This document shows positions 25,501 to 40,500 of a stretch of 64,000 bases of DNA, piece after piece (positions within the stretch are counted from its first letter, which is position 1; each line of letters starts with the position of its first letter). Location: positions 12,834,001 through 12,898,000 of the forward strand of contig OZ024742.1 of the NCBI GenBank assembly GCA_964016885.1, written 5' to 3'. The translations under genes were made by a program, and so were the position numbers. This stretch comes from Eledone cirrhosa. Taxonomy: Eukaryota. The notes under the pieces were generated by a model. The model made no database searches, was not told where the DNA came from, and saw only the letters and a list, made by a program, of their open reading frames with translations.

Positions 25501-28500
25501 ACTTAACTATGTTTAATAAATTAATAGTATGTCTGTCACCTTAACTAAGTTTACTAAATTAATAATATGTCTGTCACCTTAACTATGTTTTCTAAATTAA
25601 TAATATGTTTGTCACCTTAATAATCTTTTCTAAATTAATAATATGTCTGCCACCTTAACTATGTTTACTAAATTAATAGTATGTCGGCCACCTTAACTAT
25701 GTTTACTAAATTAATAGTATGTCTGTCACCTTATCTAAGTTTACTAAATTAATAATATGTCTGTCACCTTAACTATGTTTACTAAATTAATAATATGTGT
25801 GTCACCTTAATAATGTTTTCTAAATTAATAATATGTCGGTCAACTTAACTATGTTTAATTAATTAATAATATCTCTGTCACCTTAACTATGTTTACTAAA
25901 TTAAAAATATGTCTGCCACCTAACTATGTTTACTAATTTAATAATATGTCTGTCACCTTAACTATGTTTTCTAAATTAATAATATGTCTGCCACCTTAAC
26001 TATGTTTACTAAATTAATACTATGTCTGCCACCTTAACTATGTTTTCTAAATTAATAATATGTCTGTCACCTTCATAATGTTTTCTAAATTAATACTATG
26101 TCTGCCACCTTAACTATGTTTACTAAATTAATAGTATGTCGGCCACCTTAACTATGTTTACTAAATTAATAGTATGTCTGTCACCTTAACTAAGTTTACT
26201 AAATTAATAATATGTCTGTCACCTTAACTATGTTTACTAAATTAATAATATGTCTGTCACCTTAATAATGTTTTCTAAATTAATGATATGTCTGCCATCT
26301 TAACTATGTTTACTAAATTAATAATATGTCTGTCACATTAACTATGTTTTCTAAATTAATAATATGTCTGTCACCTTAACTATGTTTTCTTATTTAATAA
26401 TATGTCGGTCAACTTAACTATGTTTAATAAATTAATAATATCTCTGTCACCTTAACTATGTTTTCTAAATTAGTAATATGTCTGTGACCTTAATAATGTT
26501 TTCTAAATTAATAATATGTCTGCCACCTTAACTATGTTTACTAGATTAATAATATGTCGGCCACCTTAACTATGTTTACTAAATTAATATGTCGGTCAAC
26601 TTAACTATGTTTAATAAATTAATAGTATGTCTGTCACCTTAACTATGTTTACTAAATTAATAATATGTCTGTCACCTTAACTATGTTTACTAAATTAATA
26701 ATATGTGTGTCACCTTAATAATGCTTTCTAAATTACTAATATGTCAGTCAACCTAACTATGTTTAATTAATTAATAATATGTCTGTCACCTTAACTATGT
26801 TTACTAAATTAATAGTATGTCGGCCACCTTAACTATGTTTACTAAATTAATAGTATGTCTGTCACCTTAACTATGTTTACTAAATTAAAAATATGTCTTC
26901 CAATTTAACTGTTTTCTAAATTTAATAATATGTCGGTCAACTTAACTATGTTTAATAAATTAATAGTATATCTGTCACCTTAACTTTGTTTACTAAATTA
27001 ATAATATATCTGTCACCTTAACTATGTTTACTAAATTAATAATATGTCTGCCACCTTAACTATGTTTACTAAATTAATAATATGTCTGCCAGCTTTACTA
27101 TGTTTACTAAATTAAAAATATGACTTCCACCTTAACTATGTTTTCTAAATGAATAATATGTCGATCAACTTAACTATGCTTAATAAATTAATAGTATGTC
27201 TGTCACCTTAACTATGTTTACTAAATTAATAATATGTCTGTCACCTTAACTATGTTTACTAAATTAATAATATGTGTGTCACCTTAATAATGTTTTCTAA
27301 ATTAATAATATGTCGGTCAACTTAACTATGTTTAATTAATTAATAATATCTGTGTCACCTTAACTATGTTTACTAAATTAAAAATATGTCTGCCACCTAA
27401 CTATGTTTACTAAATTAATAATATGTCTGTCACATTAACTATGTTTTCTAAATTAATAATATGTCTGCCAACTAACTATGTTTACTAAATTAATAATATG
27501 TCTGTCACCTTAACTATGTTTACTAAATAAATAATATGTCTGTCACCTAACTATGTTTACTAAATTAATAATATGTTTGCCACCTTAACTTTTTTTCTAA
27601 ATAAATAAAATGTCTGTCACCTTAACTATGTTTACTAAATTAATAATATGTCTGTCACCTTAACTATGTTTACTAAATTAATAATATGTCTGCCACCTTA
27701 ACTATGTTTACTAAATTAATAATATGTCTGTCACTTTAACTATGTTTACTAAGTTAATAATATGTCTGTCACCTTCACTATGTTTACTAAATTAATAATA
27801 TGTCTGTCACTTTAACTATGTTTTCTAAATTAATAATATGTCTGTCACCTTAACTATGTTTACTAAATAAATAATATGACTGCCACCTTAACTATGTTTA
27901 CTAAATTAATAATATGTTTGCCACCTCAACTTTTTTTCTAAATAAATAAAATGTCTGTCACCTTAACTATGTGTACTAAATTAATAATATGTCTGCCACC
28001 TTAGCTATGTTTACTAAATTAATAATATGTCTGTCAACTTAATAATGTTTTCTAAATTAATAATATGTCTGCCACCTTAACTGTGTGTACTAAATTAATA
28101 ATATGTCTGCCACCTTAACTATGTTTACTAAATTAATAATATCTCTGCCACCTAAACTTTGTTTTCTAAATTAATAATATGTCTGCAATCTTAACTATGT
28201 TTACTAAATTAATAATACGTCTCTCACATTAATAATGTTTTCTAAATTAATAATATGTCTGCCACCTTAACTATGTTTACTAAATTAATAATATGTCTGC
28301 CACCTTAACTATGTTTACTAAATTAAAAATATGTCTTCCACCTTAACTATGTTTACTAAATTAATAATATGTCTGCCATCTTAACTATGTTTACTAAATT
28401 AATAATATGCCTGCCACCTTAACTATGTTTACTAAATTAATAATATGTCTGTCACCTTAACTATGTTTTCTAAATTAATAATATGTCTGCCACCTTAACT

Positions 28501-31500
28501 ATGTGTACTATATTAATAATATGTCTGCCATCTTAACTATGTTTACTAAATTAAGAATATGGCTGCTACCTAAACTATGTTTTCTAAATTAATAATATGT
28601 CTCACACCTTAACTATGTTTATTAAAATAATAGAATGTCTGTCACCTTAACTATGTTTACTAAATCAATAATATGTCTGTCACCTTAATTATGTTTACTA
28701 AATTAATAATATGTCTGCTAACTTAACTATGTTTACTAAATTAATAATATGTCTGTCACCTTAACTATGTTTACTAAATTAATAATATGTATGCCACTTA
28801 ACTGTGTTTACTAAATTAATAATATGTCTCTCACCTTAACCATGTTTACTAAATTAATAGTATGTCTGCCACCTTAACTATGTTTTCTAAATTAATAATA
28901 TGTCTCTCACCTTAACTATGTTTATTAAAATAATAGTATGTCTGTCACCCTAACTATGTTTTCTAAATTAATAATATGTCTGTCACTTTAACTACGTTTA
29001 CTAAATTAATAATATGTCTGTCACCTTAACTATGTTTACTAAATTAATAATATGTCTGCCACCTTAACTATGTTTACTAAATTAATAATATGTCTGTCAC
29101 CCTAACTATGTTTTCTAAATTAATAATATGTCTGTCACTTTAACTACGTTTACTAAATTAATAATATGTCTGTCACCTTAACTATGTTTTCTAAATTAAT
29201 AATATGTCTGTCACCTTAACTATGTTTACTAAATTAATAATATGTCTGTCACCTTAACTATGTTTACTAAATCAATAATATGTCTGTCACCTTAATTATG
29301 TTTACTAAATTAATAATATGTCTGCCACCTTAACTATGTTTACTAAATTAATAATATGTCTGTCACCTTAACTATGTTTACTAAATTAATAATATGTATG
29401 CCACCTTAACTGTGTTTACTAAATTAATAATATGTCTCTCACCTTAACTATGTTTACTAAATTAATAGTTTGTCTGCCACCTTAACTATGTTTTCTAAAT
29501 TAATAATATATCTCTCACCTTAACTATGTTTATGAAATTAATAGTATGTCTGTCACCCTAACTATGTTTTCTAAATTAATATGTCTGTCACTTTAACTAT
29601 GTTTTCTAAATTATTAATATGTCCGTCACCTTTACTATGTTTACTAAATTAATAATATGACTACCACCTTAACTATGTTTACTAAATTAATAGTATGTCT
29701 GTCACCTTAACTTTTTTTTCTAAATAATTAATATGTCTGTCACCTTAACAATGTTTACTAAATTAATAATATGTCTGCAACTTAACTGTGTTTACCAAAT
29801 TAATAATATGTCTCTCACCTTAATTATGTTTTCTAAATTAATAATATGTCGGTCACCTTGACTATGTTTACTAAATTAATAATATTTATGTCACCTAACT
29901 ATGTTTACTAAATCAATAATATGTCTGTCACCTTAATTATGTTTACTAAATTAATAATATGTCTGCCACCTTAACTATGTTTACTAAATTAATAATATGT
30001 CTGCCACCTTAACTATGTTTATTAAATTAATAATATGTCTGCCACCTTAACTATGTTTACTAAATTATTAGTATGTCTACGACGTTAACTATGTTTAGTA
30101 AATTAATAATATGTCTGCCACCTTAACTATGTTTTCCAAATTTAATAATGTCTGTCACCTTAATTATGTTTACTAAATTAATAATATGCCTGCCACCTTA
30201 ACTATGTTTACTAAATTAATAATATGTCTGCCACCTTAACTATGTTTACTAAATTAATAATATGTCTGCCACCTTAACTATGTTTACTAAATTAATAATA
30301 TGTCTGTCAGCTTAACTATGTTTATTAAATTAATAATATGTCTTCCACCTTAACTATGTTTATTAAATTAATAATATGTCTGCCACCTTAACTATGTTTA
30401 CTAAATTAATAATATGTCTGTCAGCTTAACTATGTTTATTAAATTAATAATATGTCTGCCACCTTAATTATGTTTACTAAATTAATAATATGTCTGCCAC
30501 CTTAACTATGTTTACTAAATTAATAATATGTCTGTCACCTTAACTATGTTTACTAAATCAATAATATGTCTGTCAACTTAATTATGTTTACTAAATTAAT
30601 AATATGTCTGCCACCTTTACTATGTTTACTAAATTAATAATATGTCTGTCACCTTAACTCTGTTTACTAAATTAATAATTTGTATGCCACCTTAACTGTG
30701 TTTACTAAATTAATAATATGTCTCTCACCTTAACTATGTTTACTAAATTAATAGTTTGTCTGCCACCTTAACTATGTTTTCTAAATTAATAATATATCTC
30801 TCACCTTAACTATGTTTATTAAATTAATAGTATGTCTGTCACCCTAACTATGTTTTCTAAATTAATATGTCTGTCACTTTAACTATGTTTTCTAAATTAT
30901 TAATATGTCTGTCACCTTAACTATATTTACTAAATTAATAATATGACTGCCACCTTAACTATGTTTACTAAATTAATAGTATGTCTGCCACCTTAACTTT
31001 TTTTTCTAAATAAATAATATGTCTGTCACCTTAACTATGTTTACTAAATTAATAATATGTCTGCAATTTAACTGTGTTTACTAAATTAATAATATGTCTC
31101 TCACCTTAATTATGTTTTCTAAATTAATAATATGTCGATCACCTTGACTGTGTTTACTAAATTAATAATATGCCTGCCACCTTAACTATGTTTTCTAAAT
31201 TAATAATATGTCTGTTACCTTAACTATGTTTACTAAATTAATAATATGTCTGCCACCTTAACTATGTTTAGTAAGTTAATAATATGTCTATCACCTTAAC
31301 TATGTTTACTAAATTAATAATATGTCTGCCACCTTAACTATGTTTACTAAATTAAGAATATGTCTGCCACCTTAACTATGTTTTCTAAATTAATAATGTC
31401 CGCCACCTTAACTATGTTTACTAAATTAATAATATGTCTGTCACCTAACTATGTTTACTAAATCAATATGTCTGTCACCTTAATTATGTTTACTAAATTA

Positions 31501-34500
31501 ATAATATGTCTGCCACCTTAACTATGTTTACTAAATTAATAATATGCCTGCCTCCTTAACTATGTTTACTAAATTAGTAGTATGTCTGCCACCTTAACTA
31601 TGTTTACTAAATTAATAATATGTCTGTCACCTTAACTATGATTACTAAATTAATAATATGTCTGCCACCTTAACTATGTTTACTAAATTAATAATATGTC
31701 TGCCACCTTAACTATGTTTACTAAATTAATAATATGTCTGCCACCTTAACTGTGTTTACTAAATTATTAGTATGTCTGCCACGTTAACTATGTTTAGTAA
31801 ATTAATATTATATCTGCCACCTTAACTATGTTTTCCAAATTAATAATGTCTGGCACTTTAAATATGTTTACTAAATTAATAATATGTCTGCCACCTTAAC
31901 TATGTTTACTAAATTAATAATATGTCTGCCACCTTAACTATGTTTTCTAAATTAATAATAGGTCTGCCACCTTAACTATGTTTTCTCAATTAATAATATG
32001 TCTGTCACCTAACTATGTTTACTAAATTAATAGTTTGTCTGTGACCTTAACTATGTTTTCTAAATTAATAATATATCTGTCACCTTAACGATGTTTATTA
32101 AATTAATAGTATGTCTGTCACCTTAACTTTATTTTCTAAATAAATAATATGTCTGTTACCTTAACTATTTTTTACTAAATTAATAATATGTCTGTCACCT
32201 TAACTATGTTTACTAAATTAATAATATGTCTGTCAGCTTAACTATGTTTATTAAATTAATAATATGTCTGCCACCTTAACTATGTTTACTAAATTAATAA
32301 TATGTGTGCCACGTTAACTATGTTTACTAAATTGAAAATATGTCTGCCACCTTAACTACGTTTACTAAATTAATAATATCTCGGTCACCTTAACTATGTT
32401 TACTAAATTAATAATATGCCTGCCACCTTAAATATGTTTACTAAATTAGTAGTATGTCTGCCACCTTTACTTTATTTTCTAAATAAATAATAGGTCTCCC
32501 ACCTTAATTATGTTTTCTAAATTAATAATATGTCGGTCACCTTAACTATGTTTACTAAATTAATAATATGCCTGCCACCTTAACTATGTTTACTAAATTA
32601 ATAATATGTCTGTCACCTTAACTATGTTTACTAAATTAATAATATGTCTGCCACCTTAACTATGTTTACTAAATTAATAATAAGTCTGCCACCTTAACTA
32701 TGTTTACTAAATTAATAATATGTCTGTCACCTTAACTATGTTTACTAAATCAATAATATGTCTGTCACCTTAATTATGTTTACTAAATTATTAATATGTC
32801 TGCTACCTTAACTATGTTTACTAAATTAATAATATGTATGCCACCTTAACTGTGTTTACTAAATTAATAATATGTCTCTCACCTTAACTATGTTTACTAA
32901 ATTAATAGTATGTCTGCCACCTTAACTATGTTTTCTAAATTAATAATATGTCTCTCACCTTAACTATTTTTATTAAAATGATAGTATGTCTGTCACCCTA
33001 ACTATGTTTTCTAAATTAATAATATCTGTCACTTTAACTACGTTTACTAAATTAATAATATATCTGTCACCTTAACTATGTTTACTAAATTAATAATATG
33101 TCTGCCACCTTAACTATGTTTACTAAATTAATAATATGTCTGCCACCTTAACTATGTTTTCTAAATGAATAATATGTCTGCCACCTTAACTATGTTTTAT
33201 AAATTAATAATAGGTCTGCCACCTTAACTATGTTTTCTCAATTAATAATATGTCTATCACCTTAACTATTTTTACTAAATTAATAGTTTGTCTGTGACCT
33301 TAACTATGTTTTCTAAATTAATAATATATCTGTCACCTTAACGATGTTTATTAAATTAATAGTATGTCTGTCACCTTAACTTTATTTTCTAAATAAATAA
33401 TATCTCTGTTACCTTAACTATGTTTATTAATTAATAATATGTCTGTCACCTTAACTATGTTTTCTTAATTAATAATATGTCGGTCAACTTAACTATATTT
33501 ACTAAATTAATAATATTTCTGTCACCTTAACTATGTTCACTAAATTAATAATATGTGTGCCACCTTATCTATATTTACTAAATTAATAATATGTCTGTCG
33601 CCTTAACTATGTTTACTAAATTAATAATATGTCTCTCACCTTAACTATGTTTACTAAATTAATAATATGTCTGCCACCTTAACTATGTTTACTAAATTAA
33701 TATGTCTGCCACCTTAACTATGTTTTCTAAATTAATAATAGGTCTGCCAACTTATCTATGTTTACTAAATTAATAATATGTCTGTCACCTTAAATATGTT
33801 TACTAAATTAATAATATGTCTGTCACCTTAACTATGTTTACTAACCTAATAGTATGTCTTTCACCTTAACTATGTTTTCTAAATTATAATATGTCTGTCA
33901 CCTCAACTATGTTTACTAAATTAATAATATGTCTGTCACCTTAACTATGTTTTCTTAATAAATAATATGTCGGTCAACTTAACTATATTTACTAAATTAA
34001 TAATATGTCTGCCACCTTAACTATGTTTTCTAAATTAATAATAGGTCTACCACCTTAACTATGTTTTCTCAATTAATAATATGTCTGTCACCTTAACTAT
34101 GTTTACTAAATTAATAATTTGTATGCCACCTTAACTGTGTTTACTAAATTAATAATATGTCTCTCACCTTAACTATGTTTACTAAATTAATAGTTTGTCT
34201 GCCACCTTAACTATATTTTCTAAATTAATAATATATCTCTCACCTTAACTATGTTTATTAAATTAATAGTATGTCTGTCACCCTAACTATGTTTTCTAAA
34301 TTAATATGTCTGTCACTTTAACTATGTTTTCTAAATTATTAATATGTCTGCCACCTTAACTTTTTTTTCTAAATAAATAATATGTCTGTCACCTTAACTA
34401 TGTTTACTAAATTAATAATATGTCTGCAACTTAACTGTGTTTACTAAATTAATAATATGTCTCTCACCTTAATTATGTTTTCTAAATTAATAATGTCTGC

Positions 34501-37500
34501 CACCTTAACTATGTTTACTAAATTAATAATATGCCTCCCCTCCTTAACTATGTTTACTAAATTAATAATATGTCTGCCACCTTAACTATGTTTAGTAAGT
34601 TAATAATATGTCTATCACCTTAACTATGTTTACTAAATTAATAATATGTCTGCCACCTTAACTATGTTTACTAAATTAAGAATATGTCTGCCACCTTAAC
34701 TATGTTTTCTAAATTAATAATGTCTGCCACCTTAACTATGTTTACTAAATTAATAATATGTCTGTCACCTAACTATGTTTACTAAATCAATAATATGTAT
34801 GTCACCTTAATTATGTTTACTAAATTAATAATATGTCTGCCACCTTAACTATGTTTACTAATTTAATAATATGCCTCCCCTCCTTAACTATGTTTACTAA
34901 ATTAGTAGTATGTCTGCCACCTTAACTATGTTTACTAAATTAATAATATGTCTGTCACCTTAACTATGATTACTAAATTAATAATATGTCTGCCACCTTA
35001 ACTATGTTTACTAAATTAATAATATGTCTGCCACCTTAACTATGTTTACTAAATTAATAATATGTCTGCCACCTTAACTGTGTTTACTAAATTATTAGTA
35101 TGTCTGCCACGTTAACTATGTTTAGTAAATTAATAATATATCTGCCACCGTAACTTTGTTTTCCAAATTAATAATGTCTGTCACTTTAAATATGTTTACT
35201 AAATTAATAATATGTCTGCCACCTTAACTATGTTTACTAAATTAATAATATATCTGCCACCTTAACTATGTTTTCTAAATTAATAATAGGTCTGCCACCT
35301 TAACTATGTTTACTCAATTAATAATATGTCTGTCACCTAACTATGTTTACTAAATTAATAGTTTGTCTGTGACCTTAACTATGTTTTCTAAATTAATAAT
35401 ATATCTGTCACCTTAACGATGTTTATTAAATTAATAGTATGTCTGTCACCTTAACTTTATTTTCTAAATAAATAATATGTCTGTTACCTTAACTATGTTT
35501 ACTAAATTAATAATATGTCTGTCACCTTAACTATGTTTACTAAATTTATAATATGTCTGTCACCTTAACTATGTTTACTAAATTAATAATATGTCTGTCA
35601 GCTTAACTATGTTTATTAAATTAATAATATGTCTGCCACCTTAACTATGTTTACTAAATTAATAATATGTCTGCCACGTTAACTATGTTTACTAAATTGA
35701 AAATATGTCTGCCACCTTAACTACGTTTACTAAATTAATAATATCTCGGTCACCTTAACTATGTTTACTAAATTAATAATATGCCTGCCACCTTAAATAT
35801 GTTTACTAAATTAGTAGTATGTCTGCCACCTTAACTTTATTTTCTAAATAAATAATATGTCTGTTACCTTAACTATGTTTACTAAATTTATATGTCTGTC
35901 ACCTAACTATGTTCACTAAATTAATAATATGTCTGTCAGCTTAACTATGTTTACTAAATTAATAATATATCTGCCACCTTAACTGTGTTTACTTAATTTA
36001 TAATAGGTCTCCCACCTTAATTATGTTTTCTAAATTAATAATATGTCGGTCACCTTAACTATGTTTACTAAATTAATAATATGCCTGCCACCTTAACTAT
36101 GTTTACTAAATTAATAATATGTCTGTCACCTTAACTGTGTTTACTAAATTAATAATATGTCTCTCACCTTAACTATGTTTACTAAATTAATAGTATGTCT
36201 GCCACCTTAACTATGTTTTCTAAATTAATAATATGTCTCTCACCTTAACTATGTTTATTAAAATAATAGTATGTCTGTCACCCTAACTATGTTTTCTAAA
36301 TTAATAATATGTCTGTCACTTTAACTACGTTTACTAAATTAATAATATGTCTGTCACCTTAACTATGTTTACTAAATTAATAATATGTCTGCCACCTTAA
36401 CTATGTTTACTAAATTAATAATATGTCTGCCACCTTAACTATGTTTTCTAAATGAATAATATGTCTGCCACCTTAACTATGTTTTCTAAATTAATAATAG
36501 GTCTGCCACCTTACCTATGTTTTCTCAATTAATAATATGTCTGTCACCTTAACTATTTTTACTAAATTAATAGTTTGTCTGTGACCTTAACTATGTTTTC
36601 TAAATTAATAATATATCTGTCAACTTAACGATGTTTATTAAATTAATAGTATGTCTGTCACCTTAACTTTATTTTCTAAATAAATAATATCTCTGTTACC
36701 TTAACTATGTTTATTAATTAATAATATGTCTGTCACCTTAACTATGTTTTCTTAATTAATAATATGTCGGTCAACTTAACTATATTTACTAAATTAATAA
36801 TATTTCTGTCACTTTAACTATGTTTACTAAATTAATAATATGTCTGTCACCTTAACTATGTTTTCTAAATTAATAATATGTCTGTCACCTTAACTATGTT
36901 TACTAAATTAATTATATGTCTGTCACCTTAACTATGTTCACTAAATTAATAATATATCTGCCACCTTATCTATGTTTACTAAATTAATAATATGTCTGTC
37001 ACCTTAACTATGTTTACTAAATTAATAATATGTCTCTCACCTTAACTATGTTTACTAAATTAATAATATGTCTGCCACCTTAACTATGTTTACTAAATTA
37101 ATATGTCTGCCACCTTAACTATGTTTTCTGAATTAATAATAGGTCTGCCACCTTAACTATGTTTACTAAATTAATAATATGTCCGACACCTTAACTATGT
37201 TTTCTAAATTAATAATATGTCTGTCACCTTAACTATGTTTACTAAATTAATAATATGTCTGTCACCTTAACTATGTTTACTAACTTAATAGTATGTCTTT
37301 CACCTTAACTATGTTTTCTAAATTATAATATGTCTGTCACCTCAACTATGTTTACTAAATTAATAATATGTCTGTCAACTTAACTATGTTTTCTTAATAA
37401 ATAATATGTCGGTCAACTTAACTATATTTACTAAATTAATAATATGTCTGCCACCTTAACTATGTTTTCTAAATTAATAATAGGTCTACCACCTTAACTA

Positions 37501-40500
37501 TGTTTACTAAATTAATAATATGTCTGTCACCTTAACTATGATTACTAAATTAATAATATGTCTGCCACCTTAACTATGTTTACTAAATTAATAATATGTC
37601 TGCCACCTTAACTATGTTTACTAAATTAATAATATGTCTGCCACCTTAACTGTGTTTACTAAATTATTAGTATGTCTGCCACGTTAACTATGTTTAGTAA
37701 ATTAATAATATATCTGCCACCGTAACTTTGTTTTCCAAATTAATAATGTCTGTCACTTTAAATATGTTTACTAAATTAATAATATGTCTGCCACCTTAAC
37801 TATGTTTACTAAATTAATAATATATCTGCCACCTTAACTATGTTTTCTAAATTAATAATAGGTCTGCCACCTTAACTATGTTTACTCAATTAATAATATG
37901 TCTGTCACCTAACTATGTTTACTAAATTAATAGTTTGTCTGTGACCTTAACTATGTTTTCTAAATTAATAATATATCTGTCACCTTAACGATGTTTATTA
38001 AATTAATAGTATGTCTGTCACCTTAACTTTATTTTCTAAATAAATAATATGTCTGTTACCTTAACTATGTTTACTAAATTAATAATATGTCTGTCACCTT
38101 AACTATGTTTACTAAATTTATAATATGTCTGTCACCTTAACTATGTTTACTAAATTAATAATATGTCTGTCAGCTTAACTATGTTTATTAAATTAATAAT
38201 ATGTCTGCCACCTTAACTATGTTTACTAAATTAATAATATGTCTGCCACGTTAACTATGTTTACTAAATTGAAAATATGTCTGCCACCTTAACTACGTTT
38301 ACTAAATTAATAATATCTCGGTCACCTTAACTATGTTTACTAAATTAATAATATGCCTGCCACCTTAAATATGTTTACTAAATTAGTAGTATGTCTGCCA
38401 CCTTAACTTTATTTTCTAAATAAATAATATGTCTGTTACCTTAACTATGTTTACTAAATTTATATGTCTGTCACCTAACTATGTTCACTAAATTAATAAT
38501 ATGTCTGTCAGCTTAACTATGTTTACTAAATTAATAATATATCTGCCACCTTAACTGTGTTTACTTAATTTATAATAGGTCTCCCACCTTAATTATGTTT
38601 TCTAAATTAATAATATGTCGGTCACCTTAACTATGTTTACTAAATTAATAATATGCCTGCCACCTTAACTATGTTTACTAAATTAATAATATGTCTGTCA
38701 CCTTAACTGTGTTTACTAAATTAATAATATGTCTCTCACCTTAACTATGTTTACTAAATTAATAGTATGTCTGCCACCTTAACTATGTTTTCTAAATTAA
38801 TAATATGTCTCTCACCTTAACTATGTTTATTAAAATAATAGTATGTCTGTCACCCTAACTATGTTTTCTAAATTAATAATATGTCTGTCACTTTAACTAC
38901 GTTTACTAAATTAATAATATGTCTGTCACCTTAACTATGTTTACTAAATTAATAATATGTCTGCCACCTTAACTATGTTTACTAAATTAATAATATGTCT
39001 GCCACCTTAACTATGTTTTCTAAATGAATAATATGTCTGCCACCTTAACTATGTTTTCTAAATTAATAATAGGTCTGCCACCTTACCTATGTTTTCTCAA
39101 TTAATAATATGTCTGTCACCTTAACTATTTTTACTAAATTAATAGTTTGTCTGTGACCTTAACTATGTTTTCTAAATTAATAATATATCTGTCAACTTAA
39201 CGATGTTTATTAAATTAATAGTATGTCTGTCACCTTAACTTTATTTTCTAAATAAATAATATCTCTGTTACCTTAACTATGTTTATTAATTAATAATATG
39301 TCTGTCACCTTAACTATGTTTTCTTAATTAATAATATGTCGGTCAACTTAACTATATTTACTAAATTAATAATATTTCTGTCACTTTAACTATGTTTACT
39401 AAATTAATAATATGTCTGTCACCTTAACTATGTTTTCTAAATTAATAATATGTCTGTCACCTTAACTATGTTTACTAAATTAATTATATGTCTGTCACCT
39501 TAACTATGTTCACTAAATTAATAATATATCTGCCACCTTATCTATGTTTACTAAATTAATAATATGTCTGTCACCTTAACTATGTTTACTAAATTAATAA
39601 TATGTCTCTCACCTTAACTATGTTTACTAAATTAATAATATGTCTGCCACCTTAACTATGTTTACTAAATTAATATGTCTGCCACCTTAACTATGTTTTC
39701 TAAATTAATAATAGGTCTGCCACCTTAACTATGTTTACTAAATTAATAATATGTCCGACACCTTAACTATGTTTTCTAAATTAATAATATGTCTGTCACC
39801 TTAACTATGTTTACTAAATTAATAATATGTCTGTCACCTTAACTATGTTTACTAACTTAATAGTATGTCTTTCACCTTAACTATGTTTTCTAAATTATAA
39901 TATGTCTGTCACCTCAACTATGTTTACTAAATTAATAATATGTCTGTCAACTTAACTATGTTTTCTTAATAAATAATATGTCGGTCAACTTAACTATATT
40001 TACTAAATTAATAATATGTCTGCCACCTTAACTATGTTTTCTAAATTAATAATAGGTCTACCACCTTAACTATGTTTTCTCAATTAATAATATGTCTGTC
40101 ACCTTAACTATGTTTACTAAATTAATAGTTTGTCTGTGACCTTAACTATGTTTTCTAAATTAATAATATATCTGTCACCTTAACGATGTTTATTAAATTA
40201 ATAGTATGTCTGTCACCTTAACTTTATTTTCTAAATAAATAATATGTCTGTTACCTTAACTATGTTTACTAAATTAATAATATGTCTGTCACCTTAACTA
40301 TGTTTACTAAATTTATAATATGTCTGTCACCTTAACTATGTTTACTAAATTAATAATATGTCTGTCAGCTTAACTATATTTACTAAATTAATAATATGTC
40401 TGCCACCTTAACTATGTTTACTAAATTAATAATATGTCAGCCACCTTAACTATGTTTACTAAATTAAAAATATGTCTGCCACCTTAACTACGTTTACTAA

